DNA from: Rhodospirillales bacterium
GTDB lineage: Bacteria > Pseudomonadota > Alphaproteobacteria > Rhodospirillales > Casp-alpha2
Assembly: GCA_038117225.1 (NCBI GenBank)
Contig: JAYOFM010000004.1
Coordinates: 277-64,276, forward strand
Reading direction: 5' to 3'
Length of the DNA stretch: 64,000 bases
Part shown: piece by piece, positions 28,050 through 37,743 of the stretch
How the letters are laid out: each line of letters starts with the position of its first letter
Position numbering within the stretch: the first letter of the stretch is position 1
The notes under the pieces: generated by a model
Databases searched by the model: none
Told to the model about the DNA's origin: nothing
What the model saw: the letters and a program-made list of their open reading frames with translations, nothing else
Translations under genes and position numbers: made by a program

Positions 28050-28706
28050 CTAGGAGTTTGTTTTAGCAGCATTCCGCAAGGCGGCGATAGTGGCCTGGTA
28101 ATCATCGCCCATGAAGACCGCGCTGCCGGCGACCACGACATCGGCGCCCGCGGCGGCGACACGACCGATGGTTTCCACGTTGACGCCGCCGTCGACCTCG
28201 AGTTCGACGGGCCGGTCACCGATCATGGCACGCAACCGCTCGATCTTCGGCAATTGCGCCTCGATGAAGCTTTGGCCGCCGAAACCCGGGTTGACGGTCA
28301 TCACCAGGATCAGGTCGAGTTTGTCCATGACGTAGTCGAGAACGGTTTCCGGCGTCCCCGGATTCAGCGACGCACCGGCCTTGCAACCCAGATCACGGAT
28401 CATCTGCAGGGAGCGGTCCAGATGGCGGTCGGCTTCCACGTGCACGGTGATGATATCCGCGCCGGCCTTGGCATAGGATTCCAGATGCGGTTGCGCCGGG
28501 TCGATCATGAGATGTACATCGAACGGCTTTTTCGTGGTCTTGCGGATCATCTCGATGACCGGCGGACCGAAGGTCAGATTGGGGACGAAATGGCCATCCA
28601 TGACATCGACGTGGATGTAATCGCAGCCAGCGGCGTCAATGGCGGCGATCTCCTCGCCCAGGCGCGAGAAATCGGACGCCAGGATAGACGGCGCGATCTT
28701 CACCAT
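28050..28706 (-). CDS. rpe: ribulose-phosphate 3-epimerase
   Basis: [19 protein letters not shown]...[16 protein letters not shown]...[10 protein letters not shown] signature. Internal ATG 28706. Confidence 0.93.
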   Translation of the reverse strand: MVKIAPSILASDFSRLGEEIAAIDAAGCDYIHVDVMDGHFVPNLTFGPPVIEMIRKTTKKPFDVHLMIDPAQPHLESYAKAGADIITVHVEADRHLDRSLQMIRDLGCKAGASLNPGTPETVLDYVMDKLDLILVMTVNPGFGGQSFIEAQLPKIERLRAMIGDRPVELEVDGGVNVETIGRVAAAGADVVVAGSAVFMGDDYQATIAALRNAAKTNS

Positions 28707-28731
28707 GGCCGCGCCCTCCCCTCGCCGTCCC

Positions 28732-29796
28732 TCAATGAACCGTCGGGTCGAGCGACCCATCGGCATAACGCTTGGCCATTTCCGACAATGGCAATGCCTT
28801 GATCTTCGACGCCTGACCGGCGCACGCGAAGCGCTCGAAGCGGTCGATGCAGACCGCTTCCATGGCCGCGATGGCCGGCTTCAGGTAGCTGCGCGGATCG
28901 AATTCGGCTTTCTTCTCGAACAGGACCTTGCGAATCTGGCCGGTGATGGCGAGGCGGTTGTCGGTGTCGATGTTGACCTTGCGCACGCCGTTCTTGATGC
29001 CGACCTCGATTTCCTCGACCGGAACACCGTAGGTTTGCGGCATTTCGCCACCATTGGCATTGATGATGTCCTGCAGTTCCTGCGGCACCGAGGACGAACC
29101 ATGCATGACCAGATGAGTGTCCGGCAACTTGGCATGGATGGCCTTGACCACGTCCATGGCCAGAATGTCGCCGGTCGGCTTGCGGGTGAACTTGTAGGCA
29201 CCGTGCGACGTGCCGATGGCGACGGCCAACGCGTCGACCTTGGTGCGCTTGACGAAATCGGCGGCTTCGTCCGGGTCGGTGAGTAGCATGTCCTTGGACA
29301 GCGCGCCCTCGAAGCCGTGGCCGTCCTCCTTGTCGCCCTCGCCGGTTTCCAGCGAGCCCAAACAGCCCAGTTCGCCCTCCACCGAGACACCGACAAGGTG
29401 GGCCATGTCGACAACGCGGCGCGTGGTGTCGACGTTATAGTCGTACGAAGCCGGCGTCTTGGCATCTTCTTCCAGCGAGCCGTCCATCATCACCGAGGTG
29501 AAACCGTTGGTCATCGCGGACATGCAGGTGGCGGCGTTGTTGCCGTGGTCCTGATGCATGCAGACGGGAATATCCGGATACATTTCCGTCGCCGCCAGGA
29601 TGAGATGGCGCAACACGATGTCGTTGGCATAATTCCGGGCGCCGCGGCTGGCCTGCATGATGACCGGGCTGTCGGTCTTCTGGGCCGCCGCCATGATGGC
29701 GAGCATCTGTTCCATGTTGTTGATATTGAATGCGGGCATGCCGTAATCATTTTCAGCCGCATGGTCGAGAAGTTGCCGCAACGAAACCAATGCCAT
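28732..29796 (-). CDS. fba: class II fructose-1,6-bisphosphate aldolase (354-aa CbbA-like form)
   Basis: [30 protein letters not shown]...HQDHG...GTSHGAYKF. Internal ATG 29796; the upstream part of the 448-aa ORF is Arg-rich junk. Confidence 0.93.
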   Translation of the reverse strand: MALVSLRQLLDHAAENDYGMPAFNINNMEQMLAIMAAAQKTDSPVIMQASRGARNYANDIVLRHLILAATEMYPDIPVCMHQDHGNNAATCMSAMTNGFTSVMMDGSLEEDAKTPASYDYNVDTTRRVVDMAHLVGVSVEGELGCLGSLETGEGDKEDGHGFEGALSKDMLLTDPDEAADFVKRTKVDALAVAIGTSHGAYKFTRKPTGDILAMDVVKAIHAKLPDTHLVMHGSSSVPQELQDIINANGGEMPQTYGVPVEEIEVGIKNGVRKVNIDTDNRLAITGQIRKVLFEKKAEFDPRSYLKPAIAAMEAVCIDRFERFACAGQASKIKALPLSEMAKRYADGSLDPTVH

Positions 29797-29840
29797 TGTT
29801 TTATCTCCCTGCTGTCCCGAACGGTTGCCGCGTGGCTGCG

Positions 29841-31862
29841 TCAGAGCCGCTCGCGTGCCGCCGCGACGACTGCCTCGGCGGTGATGCCGAAATCCTCGAA
29901 GAGCTGTTCCGCCGGCGCCGAGGCACCGAAGCCCGGCATGCCGACGAACGCGCCGCCCGATCCGATATAACGGTCCCAGCCCATGGAAACGGCCGCTTCG
30001 ACGGCGACCCGCACGGTTCCGGGGCCAAGCACGCGATCGCGATAGCCGGCGTCCTGATCCTCGAACAACTCCCAGCACGGCATGGAAACCACGGCGGTGC
30101 CGATGCCATCGGCTTCCAGCGCATCGCGCGCGGCCACGGCGATGGAAACTTCTGAGCCGGTCGACAGCAGCGTCACCTTGCGCTCGCCGGCCGCGGCCTC
30201 ACGCAGGACGTAGGCGCCCTGGCCACACAGGTTTTCCGCCGTGTGGTCGGTGCGTAGCGTCGGCACCCCTTGGCGAGTCAGCGCCATGCCGGCGGGACCG
30301 TCCATATTCTCCAACGCGATTGCCCAGCACTCGGCCGCCTCGACGGCGTCGCAGGGTCGGTAGACTCGGAAATTCGGCGTCGCCCGCAGCATGGCCAGCG
30401 TTTCCACGGCCTGGTGGGTCGGGCCGTCCTCGCCGAGACCAATGGAATCATGGGTCAGCACATAGACCACCCGCTGGCCCATCAGCGCCGACAGCCGCAT
30501 GGCGCCGCGCATGTAGTCAGCGAAGACCAGGAATGTGCCGCCGTAGGGAATGATTCCGCCGTGCAGCGCCATGCCGTTCATGGCCGCCGCCATGCCGTGT
30601 TCGCGGACACCATAGTGAACATAGCGGCCACTGAAATCGTCCGGCGTGATCGGCTGGGTCGATGGGGTCTTGGTGTTGACCGACCCGGTCAGGTCGGCGG
30701 AACCGCCGATTAGTTCCGGGATCGCCTCGGTCAGTACCGTCAATGCCTCGCCCGAGGCCTTGCGCGTCGCCCACTTGGGCTGCTCGTCGGAAATCCGCTT
30801 CTTGTGCGCGACGATGGCATCGTGCCAACCGGCCGGCAGTTGGCCGGCGGCGAGCCGTTTGAACTCGCTCGCGGCATCACCCGTGGCGGCATCGAGTCGG
30901 CCCTGCCAGGCCGACCGTGCCGCCGCACCGCGTCCACCGGCCCCGCGCCAGGCGCCGAGCACATCGTCCGGAACCACGAATGGCGCGTGCGGCCAGCCGA
31001 GCGCCGAGCGCGCGCCGGCGATTTCCTCGTCGCCGAGCGGGCTGCCATGAGTCGATGACGTGCCCGCCTTGGTCGGCGCGCCGAAACCGATAGTGGTGCG
31101 ACACGCGATCATCGACGGTTTGTCGCTGGCCCGCGCTTTTTCAATGGCGCCGGCAATGGCGTCCGGGTCATGGCCGTCGACGCCGAGGACGTGCCAGCCC
31201 GAGGCCTGGAAACGCGCCATCTGATCGTCGCTTTCGGCCATGCTGGTCGGCCCGTCGATACAGATTTTATTGTCATCGAACAGCACGATCAGCTTCGACA
31301 GCCGCAGGTGGCCTGCCATCGATATGGCCTCGTGGCTGATGCCTTCCATCAAGCAGCCGTCCCCGGCAATGACGTAGGTGTGGTGATCGACCAGATCGTC
31401 CCCGAAGCGGTTATTCATTAGCCGCTCGGCCAAGGCCATGCCGACCGCGTTGGCGATGCCCTGGCCCAGCGGGCCGGTCGTCGTTTCTATTCCGTCGGCA
31501 TGGCCATATTCCGGGTGCCCCGCCGTGCGCGCGCCGAGCTGGCGGAAATTGCGAATTTCGTCGATCGTCATGTCGGCGTAACCGGTCAAATGCAGCAGCG
31601 CATAGAGCAGCATCGAGCCGTGACCGGCCGACAGGATGAAACGATCCCGGTCCGGCCAATCGGCGGCCGCCGGATCGAATTTCAGGAACCGCGTGAACAG
31701 CACCGTCGCCACATCGGCCATGCCCATCGGCATGCCCGGGTGGCCGGAATTCGCCTGCTGCACCGCATCGGCGGAAAGGAAGCGAATGGCGTTCGCCATG
31801 TCTTGGTGGGAAGCACCGCCCAACGCTGGGGTCGCCGTGCCATCGGCAGCCGAATCGTCCAT
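29841..31862 (-). CDS. tkt: transketolase
   Basis: 673 aa with [21 protein letters not shown] and [16 protein letters not shown]-binding motifs. Confidence 0.95.
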   Translation of the reverse strand: MDDSAADGTATPALGGASHQDMANAIRFLSADAVQQANSGHPGMPMGMADVATVLFTRFLKFDPAAADWPDRDRFILSAGHGSMLLYALLHLTGYADMTIDEIRNFRQLGARTAGHPEYGHADGIETTTGPLGQGIANAVGMALAERLMNNRFGDDLVDHHTYVIAGDGCLMEGISHEAISMAGHLRLSKLIVLFDDNKICIDGPTSMAESDDQMARFQASGWHVLGVDGHDPDAIAGAIEKARASDKPSMIACRTTIGFGAPTKAGTSSTHGSPLGDEEIAGARSALGWPHAPFVVPDDVLGAWRGAGGRGAAARSAWQGRLDAATGDAASEFKRLAAGQLPAGWHDAIVAHKKRISDEQPKWATRKASGEALTVLTEAIPELIGGSADLTGSVNTKTPSTQPITPDDFSGRYVHYGVREHGMAAAMNGMALHGGIIPYGGTFLVFADYMRGAMRLSALMGQRVVYVLTHDSIGLGEDGPTHQAVETLAMLRATPNFRVYRPCDAVEAAECWAIALENMDGPAGMALTRQGVPTLRTDHTAENLCGQGAYVLREAAAGERKVTLLSTGSEVSIAVAARDALEADGIGTAVVSMPCWELFEDQDAGYRDRVLGPGTVRVAVEAAVSMGWDRYIGSGGAFVGMPGFGASAPAEQLFEDFGITAEAVVAAARERL

Positions 31863-32031
31863 TCAATCTCTCTCTCGGCGGGGTCCCCAGAAACGCCGCT
31901 CACGCCGTATTCAAGTTGCGCCGCGCCCTGCCCAGCACCGACGCGGCATGAATACCGTCATTGCGCCAACAGGGCAAGGACGCCCGGTGTTATCGGGCGT
32001 CCTGGCGAACGCTGCTAAATGGCCATGAAGA

Positions 32032-32535
32032 TTAACCCGCGTAGGCGCCGGACAAATTAGTCACCAGATCGTAAATGACCTGACGGCGTTTCGGATCGGC
32101 GATGCGATAGTAGGCGCGGACCAGTTCCAAGGTCTCCCGGCGATCCATGGTGCCCAATTCCGGCGGCGCGGATTTGTGGTACTCCATGCCGACCGCGTAG
32201 GCGCCGGCCGGGGTCGCCAGTTCCTTGGGCATTTCCTCGAAGAAGTAGGCGACCGGCACGTCGAGGATACGCGAGAATTCATACAGCCGGCTGGCCCCGA
32301 CACGGTTGGCGCCGCGCTCATATTTCTGCACCTGCTGGAACGTCAATTCGACGGCCTCGCCGAGCTTTTCCTGGCTGATGCCCAGAAGCATGCGACGGGC
32401 GCGCAGGCGATTACCGACGTGAATATCGATGGGATTGGATATCCCGGGCGGCAACCGGACCGGCTTGCCCGCCTTTTTCCGGCTGGTTTTCATTTTCTTT
32501 GCTGCTCGTTTCTTGACCGGTGGCATCGTCTTCAT
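32032..32535 (-). CDS. XRE-family helix-turn-helix transcriptional regulator with a Lys-rich N-terminus
   Basis: [42 protein letters not shown] is a canonical HTH_3 segment. Confidence 0.8.
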   Translation of the reverse strand: MKTMPPVKKRAAKKMKTSRKKAGKPVRLPPGISNPIDIHVGNRLRARRMLLGISQEKLGEAVELTFQQVQKYERGANRVGASRLYEFSRILDVPVAYFFEEMPKELATPAGAYAVGMEYHKSAPPELGTMDRRETLELVRAYYRIADPKRRQVIYDLVTNLSGAYAG

Positions 32536-32714
32536 CTTCCCTTTTTACCCGCCTCTTGAATACGCTTTATTCTATGTCCGTGACCATACCCTTACAATAG
32601 GATGAGTATCATTGTTTCTCACCATGACACCTAGTCATGACCGACGAGGCCTTGAGACCGGCGGCGTCGCGCCCTACATGTAGACGGAACGTTTATCACC
32701 CAAGGGATCAGCAG

Positions 32715-33035
32715 ATGACCGTCCAAGCCACGATCGAACGCAAGCTCGTCGAGAACCTGTCGCCGGCCCACCTTGAGGTGATCAACGAAAGCCATATGCA
32801 CAGCGTTCCGCCGGGGTCCGAATCACATTTCAAGGTCATCGTCGTGACCGATTCTTTCGCCGATCAACGTCTGGTGCAGCGCCATCAGGCGGTCAACGCG
32901 GTGCTCGCCGATGAACTGGCCGGACCGTTGCACGCCCTCAGCATGGAAACCCTGACGCCCGACGAATGGCGCGCGCGCGGCGGCAAAACCTTCAACTCTC
33001 CGGATTGCCACGGCGGCAGCAAGGCCGACCTATAA
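32715..33035 (+). CDS. BolA-family protein
   Basis: 106 aa from ATG 32715 with ...LEVINESHMHSVPPGSESHFKVIVVTDSF...RHQAVNAVL... The BolA fold motif is present. Confidence 0.85.
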   Translation: MTVQATIERKLVENLSPAHLEVINESHMHSVPPGSESHFKVIVVTDSFADQRLVQRHQAVNAVLADELAGPLHALSMETLTPDEWRARGGKTFNSPDCHGGSKADL

Positions 33036-33044
33036 GGCCGCCCG

Positions 33045-34157
33045 TTACGCCTTCGGCTTCAGCAACGCGCGAAAGCCGGCTTCGTCGACGACCGGGATTT
33101 TTACCAGCGCCAGATTTTCCTCCACGTGGTTGGCTTCCTTCATACCGACCAGGGCCGCCGCGAGGTCGGGCGCCGAGCGGGTAAACTGCAGCGCCGCCTG
33201 CGCGATCGTGCCCCCCGGCGGACCCAGATAAGCCGCCAGCTTATCGTCCAGTTTGGTGATGCGGCCCTGCCCGATGGCGCCGCTGGCGACCGGCCAGAGA
33301 CCGAGTGTGCGCGCCGCCCGCAGCGGTGTCTGGGTATCCTTTTCGATGATTTGCACGCGGCGGCGCACCGCTTCCGGCATGCTCAGGTTGAGCGGCAACT
33401 GCACATAGCGGAAATGATCATGGTCGCCGCCCTTGACCTCTCGTGCCGCGGCGATCGCCAAGTCCCTGGCGCGGGCCAGCGATACGTGCCCCTTTTCATC
33501 GGGCGGTACGCGCAACCCGTTCCAGGTGGCGAGGCCATAGGCACGAATACGACCGTCGGCAACGGCGCCTTCGAGCATGCGAAAAGCAGCGCCCAGACGC
33601 TGGTCAAAGGTTTCCCGGTCGACCGCGCCAAGCTGCGACTCTGGATTGTGGATGTAGTAAACGTCGATGGTCTCCAGTCCAAGATTGCGGCGGCTCTGTT
33701 CCAGTTGATGGGTCAGATAATCCGGATGCATGCAGTGGCTGTTACCGGCCAGATCCGCCGCGCCGACGGGGCTATCCGTGTCGGCGACAAACGTGTCGTT
33801 GAACCATGCCGCCCCGTGGGGCAGGAAGCCGCCCTTGGTGCAGACCACCACCTCGTCGCGCGATACCACCCCCTCACCGATGGCGCGGGCCAGGGCCGCC
33901 CCGGCACTGCGTTCGCCGCGCTCGCGTCGGTAGTTGGCCGCCGAGTCGACGACGTTGACGCCACCACCAAGACACCCGACGATCGCCGAGGCGACCAACT
34001 CATCCGTCGCTTCGTCCAAGTTTCCCAGGTACGTGCCGATGCCGATCGACGACCACGTCATACCATCGACCGTGCGAAAATGACCCGCCGCCGCATCGCC
34101 GATGCGCGCCGCGTACCGTGCCGTTCCCTGCGCCGTGGCGTGGCCTGAAATGGGCAT
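33045..34157 (-). CDS. aldo/keto reductase
   Basis: 370 aa with ...GIGTYLG...VNVVDSAANY...IDVYYIHNP..., typical AKR blocks. Confidence 0.85.
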   Translation of the reverse strand: MPISGHATAQGTARYAARIGDAAAGHFRTVDGMTWSSIGIGTYLGNLDEATDELVASAIVGCLGGGVNVVDSAANYRRERGERSAGAALARAIGEGVVSRDEVVVCTKGGFLPHGAAWFNDTFVADTDSPVGAADLAGNSHCMHPDYLTHQLEQSRRNLGLETIDVYYIHNPESQLGAVDRETFDQRLGAAFRMLEGAVADGRIRAYGLATWNGLRVPPDEKGHVSLARARDLAIAAAREVKGGDHDHFRYVQLPLNLSMPEAVRRRVQIIEKDTQTPLRAARTLGLWPVASGAIGQGRITKLDDKLAAYLGPPGGTIAQAALQFTRSAPDLAAALVGMKEANHVEENLALVKIPVVDEAGFRALLKPKA

Positions 34158-34221
34158 CCGTGTCCTCCGGTTTTGCTGCCGAGCGGCGCCATCCTAGCGC
34201 CGATGCGGCTATTTACGTAGC

Positions 34222-34908
34222 ATGCACCGCATGAGAAATGCTGTCCGTTTATTTCTGGCCATCGGTATCGGTATAGCGAGCCTTCCACCAACGGCGAGCG
34301 CGGACGTAACCGAAACCTGCGCCATGGCGTGGGGGGACGCGTCGCGCGCCGCCTGCCGCCGGATACCCGAAACGACGACCCGCGATGTCGCCGTCTTGCG
34401 CCCCCTCGCCGGTGCGTTCATCGCCGATGGGGATTTTGACGGCGCCATCGTCGTCTATGAAATCGTCCTGCGGTCACAACCGGACGACCCGCAAGCGCTT
34501 TATGATCTCGCCGGCACCCTGGCCTTCGTGCGGCGTTACGGCGAAGCCGCCATATTGTTCGAGCGGCTCGGAACCCTGCGGCCGGACGATGTGGAAGTGC
34601 AGCGATCACTCGCCGTGGTCTATGGGCATCTCGGCAGACAGGACGATAAACGAGCCGCCCTGGCACGCGCGGCGGCGCTGGGCGATGCGACCGCCATGGT
34701 CGATCTCGCCCGCCACCATGGCGAAGGCAAACACGCCGATCCGGAGCTCGCCATCACCTGGCTGGAAAAAGCCGCCAACGCGGGGCACCTTGGCGCGATG
34801 CGCCGGCTGGTCGAAATTTATCGGATAGGTCTTTTGGGCCAATCCGCCGATCCGACGCGCGCCACCCTGTGGGCCGAACGATACGCCGCCATTCGCCGCG
34901 AAGAGTGA
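34222..34908 (+). CDS. secreted TPR/Sel1-repeat protein
   Basis: Signal peptide (MRNAVRLFLAIGIGIASLPPTASA), then TPR-like repeats, then Sel1-like repeats (AANAGHLGAMRRLVEIY). Confidence 0.7.
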   Translation: MHRMRNAVRLFLAIGIGIASLPPTASADVTETCAMAWGDASRAACRRIPETTTRDVAVLRPLAGAFIADGDFDGAIVVYEIVLRSQPDDPQALYDLAGTLAFVRRYGEAAILFERLGTLRPDDVEVQRSLAVVYGHLGRQDDKRAALARAAALGDATAMVDLARHHGEGKHADPELAITWLEKAANAGHLGAMRRLVEIYRIGLLGQSADPTRATLWAERYAAIRREE

Positions 34909-34981
34909 CGGGAACCATTCGCAGTGGCCGCGCGAATGCTATGATGTGATTTCGATAGACGACGGGGAAAGTGACGAAAGC

Positions 34982-36274
34982 ATGGTGCTGTCCTGGGTCC
35001 TCGGCAATCTCGGCAAGCGCAAGAAGGGCAAACCGAGCAAGCCGGCGCCACCGTACGAGGAAGCGAAGCGTATTGCCGCCGAGGGTAATGCGAAGAAGCG
35101 CTCTTGGCTCGCCCGGTTCGAGGACTTGGCGCCGGAAATTCTGTACTTCTTCGCCAGCGATAAGTCGGCCGAGGTGCGCCGCGCCGCCGCCGCCAATGAC
35201 GGCACGCCCCTGCAAGCGGACCTATTGCTGGCTCGTGACGTCGACGACCAGGTGCGCACCGAGCTGGCGCAGAAAATTGGCCGCCTCGTCCCCTCGCTGA
35301 CGGACGACGAAAACGAAAAACTGACGACCATGGCCTTTCAGGTTCTGGAAATCCTCGCGCAGGATGAGCTGCCCCGAGAGCGCGCCATCATCTCCGAGGA
35401 AATCAAGTATCTCGCCAATGTTCCCAAATTGGTGGTGAAACGCCTCGCCCACGACCTGGAACAGACCGTGTCAACGCCCGTGCTGGAGTATTCACCCTTG
35501 CTGAGCGAGCAGGAACTGCTGCAGATCATCGCCGGCGGCGTACAGGGCGGCGCCCTGGAAGCCATCGCGCGACGGCGCGGCATTTCCGAACGGGTTTCGG
35601 ATGCCGTCGTCGCGGAAGAAGTGCCAGGGGCGACGACCGAGCTATTGCGCAACGACACCGCCTCGATCAGCGAGAAGGCCCTCGACGCCATTGCCATCTC
35701 CGCCGAGGACAAGCCCGAGATGCACAAGCCTCTGGTCAATCGCGCCAGCCTGTCCATGTCGACGATCCGCCGCATCGCCACCTTCGTCTCCAATGCGCTG
35801 CTGGAAGACCTGATCAGCGTTCACAATGTCGGCGAGGATGTGGCCAAGGATCTGCGCATGACCGTGCGTCTGCGCATCGAAAGCGGCAAGGATACAACCG
35901 GCAAGAAAAAGAAGAAGAAAAAGAAAGGGGAATCGCCGAAGGATCGCGCCATCGCGATGCTTAAAGAAAAAAAATTGAACGAGGACGCGCTGATCGATGC
36001 CCTCGACGAAGGCGAAGTGGACTTTGTTCGCTACGGCTTGGCGTTGCTGGCGCGGCTCGACATGGAAACGACCTTGCGCATGCTCGATAGCGATAACGGC
36101 AAGGCGGTTACAGCACTGGTTTGGAAAGCCGGACTCAGCATGGCGTTCGCCGTCTCCGTGCAACGTCGGATCGCGCACATTCCGCCCAGGAGCATGACCA
36201 AGGAAACGGCCAACAGCGATTTCCCGTTGGAGCAGAAAGAGATGGAATGGTTTCTCGATTACTTCAGCGAGTAA
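34982..36274 (+). CDS. DUF2336-like (HEAT-like repeat) protein
   Basis: 430 aa from ATG 34982 (GGGGAAAG upstream). Motifs ...LYFFASDKSAEVRRAAAAN...DQVRTELAQKI... Contains a K8 run. Family name is from memory. Confidence 0.7.
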   Translation: MVLSWVLGNLGKRKKGKPSKPAPPYEEAKRIAAEGNAKKRSWLARFEDLAPEILYFFASDKSAEVRRAAAANDGTPLQADLLLARDVDDQVRTELAQKIGRLVPSLTDDENEKLTTMAFQVLEILAQDELPRERAIISEEIKYLANVPKLVVKRLAHDLEQTVSTPVLEYSPLLSEQELLQIIAGGVQGGALEAIARRRGISERVSDAVVAEEVPGATTELLRNDTASISEKALDAIAISAEDKPEMHKPLVNRASLSMSTIRRIATFVSNALLEDLISVHNVGEDVAKDLRMTVRLRIESGKDTTGKKKKKKKKGESPKDRAIAMLKEKKLNEDALIDALDEGEVDFVRYGLALLARLDMETTLRMLDSDNGKAVTALVWKAGLSMAFAVSVQRRIAHIPPRSMTKETANSDFPLEQKEMEWFLDYFSE

Positions 36275-36843
36275 TCGCCGCGCCGGCTCGCCCCGCCGCC
36301 ATCATCATGGCGATCCTCCTGTCCGCGCTCCCGCTGCCGGCGGCGGCACAGCAGTCAGCCGGTGGCTTTACCGAAAACGAAATTATCGCCGCCGCGACGG
36401 GATTATTCGGCGCCACGGCGGAAGGCGTCGCCACGGTGATCGAGAAGGTCTTTGACGATCTTGGCCGACCGACCGCCTACATCGCCGGCGAGGAAATGTC
36501 CGGCGCCTTCATCGTCGGGTTGCGTTACGGCAAGGGCGAGATCACGCTGAAAGGCGCCGCCGCCCGCCCCATCTTCTGGCAGGGGCCATCGGTCGGTTTC
36601 GATTTCGGCGGCAACGCGTCTAAAGTATTCGTGTTGATCTACGGCGTCGACACGGTTGAGGCCTTGCACCGGCGCTTTCCCGGGATCGAGGGGTCTTTCT
36701 ATTTCGTCGCCGGCATGGGGGTGAACTACCAAGCGGATTCCGGCATCACGCTGGCGCCGATCCGCACCGGTGTCGGATTACGGCAGGGCGCCAACATCGG
36801 CTATCTGCACTATGGTCCACGGCACTCGTGGGTGCCGTTCTAA
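36247..36843 (+). CDS. DUF1134 (EipA-like) periplasmic protein
   Basis: YIAGEEMSGAFIVGLRYGKGEITLKG...WQGPSVGFDFGGNASKVFVLIYGV...APIRTGVGLRQGANIGYLHY. Signal-like N-terminus. Alternative start at 36307. Confidence 0.75.
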   Translation: MVSRLLQRVIAAPARPAAIIMAILLSALPLPAAAQQSAGGFTENEIIAAATGLFGATAEGVATVIEKVFDDLGRPTAYIAGEEMSGAFIVGLRYGKGEITLKGAAARPIFWQGPSVGFDFGGNASKVFVLIYGVDTVEALHRRFPGIEGSFYFVAGMGVNYQADSGITLAPIRTGVGLRQGANIGYLHYGPRHSWVPF

Positions 36844-36876
36844 AAAAGGAAAACCGGGACTCAAAAGCCCCGATGA

Positions 36877-37074
36877 TCAGCAGCCGCTACGCCAGTTGTT
36901 CTTGGCAAGCGGCCCGCTGGCGGCGCGGAACGCGCTGTTGAACTGCTTCTCACGCTTGGTGATTCCGGGTGCCGGCTTCGCTGGCGCCGCATCGTCGTCG
37001 TCGTCGCCTCGCCCTTCGGCCCCCACTTTTTCGTCCAGCAGGTCCTTCACCGATTTGAAAGTGTCCGCGGGCAT
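36877..37074 (-). CDS. hypothetical small protein (65 aa)
   Basis: ATG 37074 preceded by GGAGAGG. High G/C third positions. MPADTFKSVKDLLDEKVGAEGRGDDDDD... No family recognised. Confidence 0.45.
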   Translation of the reverse strand: MPADTFKSVKDLLDEKVGAEGRGDDDDDAAPAKPAPGITKREKQFNSAFRAASGPLAKNNWRSGC

Positions 37075-37404
37075 CGCCCTCTCCACGCCAAGTCCCGATC
37101 CGTCGGTACAATCCGACACGCCTCCGCGTAAAGTATCAAAACGCCGGGTGGTGAGTCGAGGCAGCTTTGAGCAGTTTTTCCACGTTTATAATCCGACCGC
37201 GCGCGAGTGACGCGGGACACTTCCACGCGACGGCAATTGTCGTAGTCTTCAAGGTGATGTGAAAAACGCGGTCACGGATGACCGGGTCCGCGTCTCCACG
37301 AAACGGCAAACCATCGGAAACGGTGGGGCGCAAAATCACCGGCCTACGGCGCCATCTCCTTCGACCGGCGCCACGGCAGCGGGATTACCGAACGGAGGAC
37401 CAGC

Positions 37405-37554
37405 ATGATCGAATTCATTCTGACCGCTCTCGTCGCCATGTGGGATTTCTGGTGCGTCCCGTTCGCGCTGCTGCCCTACGGCGACCCTTACGGCGCCGCC
37501 GCGGCGCTGTTCATCGTCGGCGCCTTCGCGACCAAGCGATTCATCAACGGCTAG
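37405..37554 (+). CDS. small hydrophobic membrane protein (49 aa, below the ORF-track cutoff)
   Basis: Own translation: MIEFILTALVAMWDFWCVPFALLPYGDPYGAAAALFIVGAFATKRFING*. GGAGG lies 7 nt upstream. Third positions are almost all G/C, and two hydrophobic segments are present. Confidence 0.55.
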   Translation: MIEFILTALVAMWDFWCVPFALLPYGDPYGAAAALFIVGAFATKRFING

Positions 37555-37575
37555 TTTGTCTGGCGGGGCGGAAAA

Positions 37576-37653
37576 TGGGGTGGCTGACGAGATTTGAACT
37601 CGCGACCTCCGGGATCACAACCCGGCGCTCTAACCAACTGAGCTACAGCCACC
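37576..37653 (-). tRNA. tRNA-His: tRNA-His (anticodon GTG) with encoded G-1 and CCA
   Basis: Reverse complement folds as a cloverleaf: G-1, acceptor GTGGCTG/CAGCCAC, D-arm GCTCAGTTGGTTAGAGC, anticodon stem CCGGG/CCCGG with loop TTGTGAT, T-arm GCGAGTTCAAATCTCGT, then C-CCA. Confidence 0.93.
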
Positions 37654-37743
37654 ATCGATCTGCGATCAATGTGGGCGCATCATTAGACGCCCGCTCTCGG
37701 AGCGTCAAGCGCCGCCAAATGGGGCCGCCAGCGTCGCCCGTTG

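Noticed and set aside
37250-37345. Short hairpins in the leader of the 49-aa ORF. Considered as a guanidine-II (mini-ykkC) or other riboswitch.
   Set aside because: The hairpin loops read CGGA rather than ACGR, and no other riboswitch consensus was recognisable by eye. An Infernal scan would be needed.
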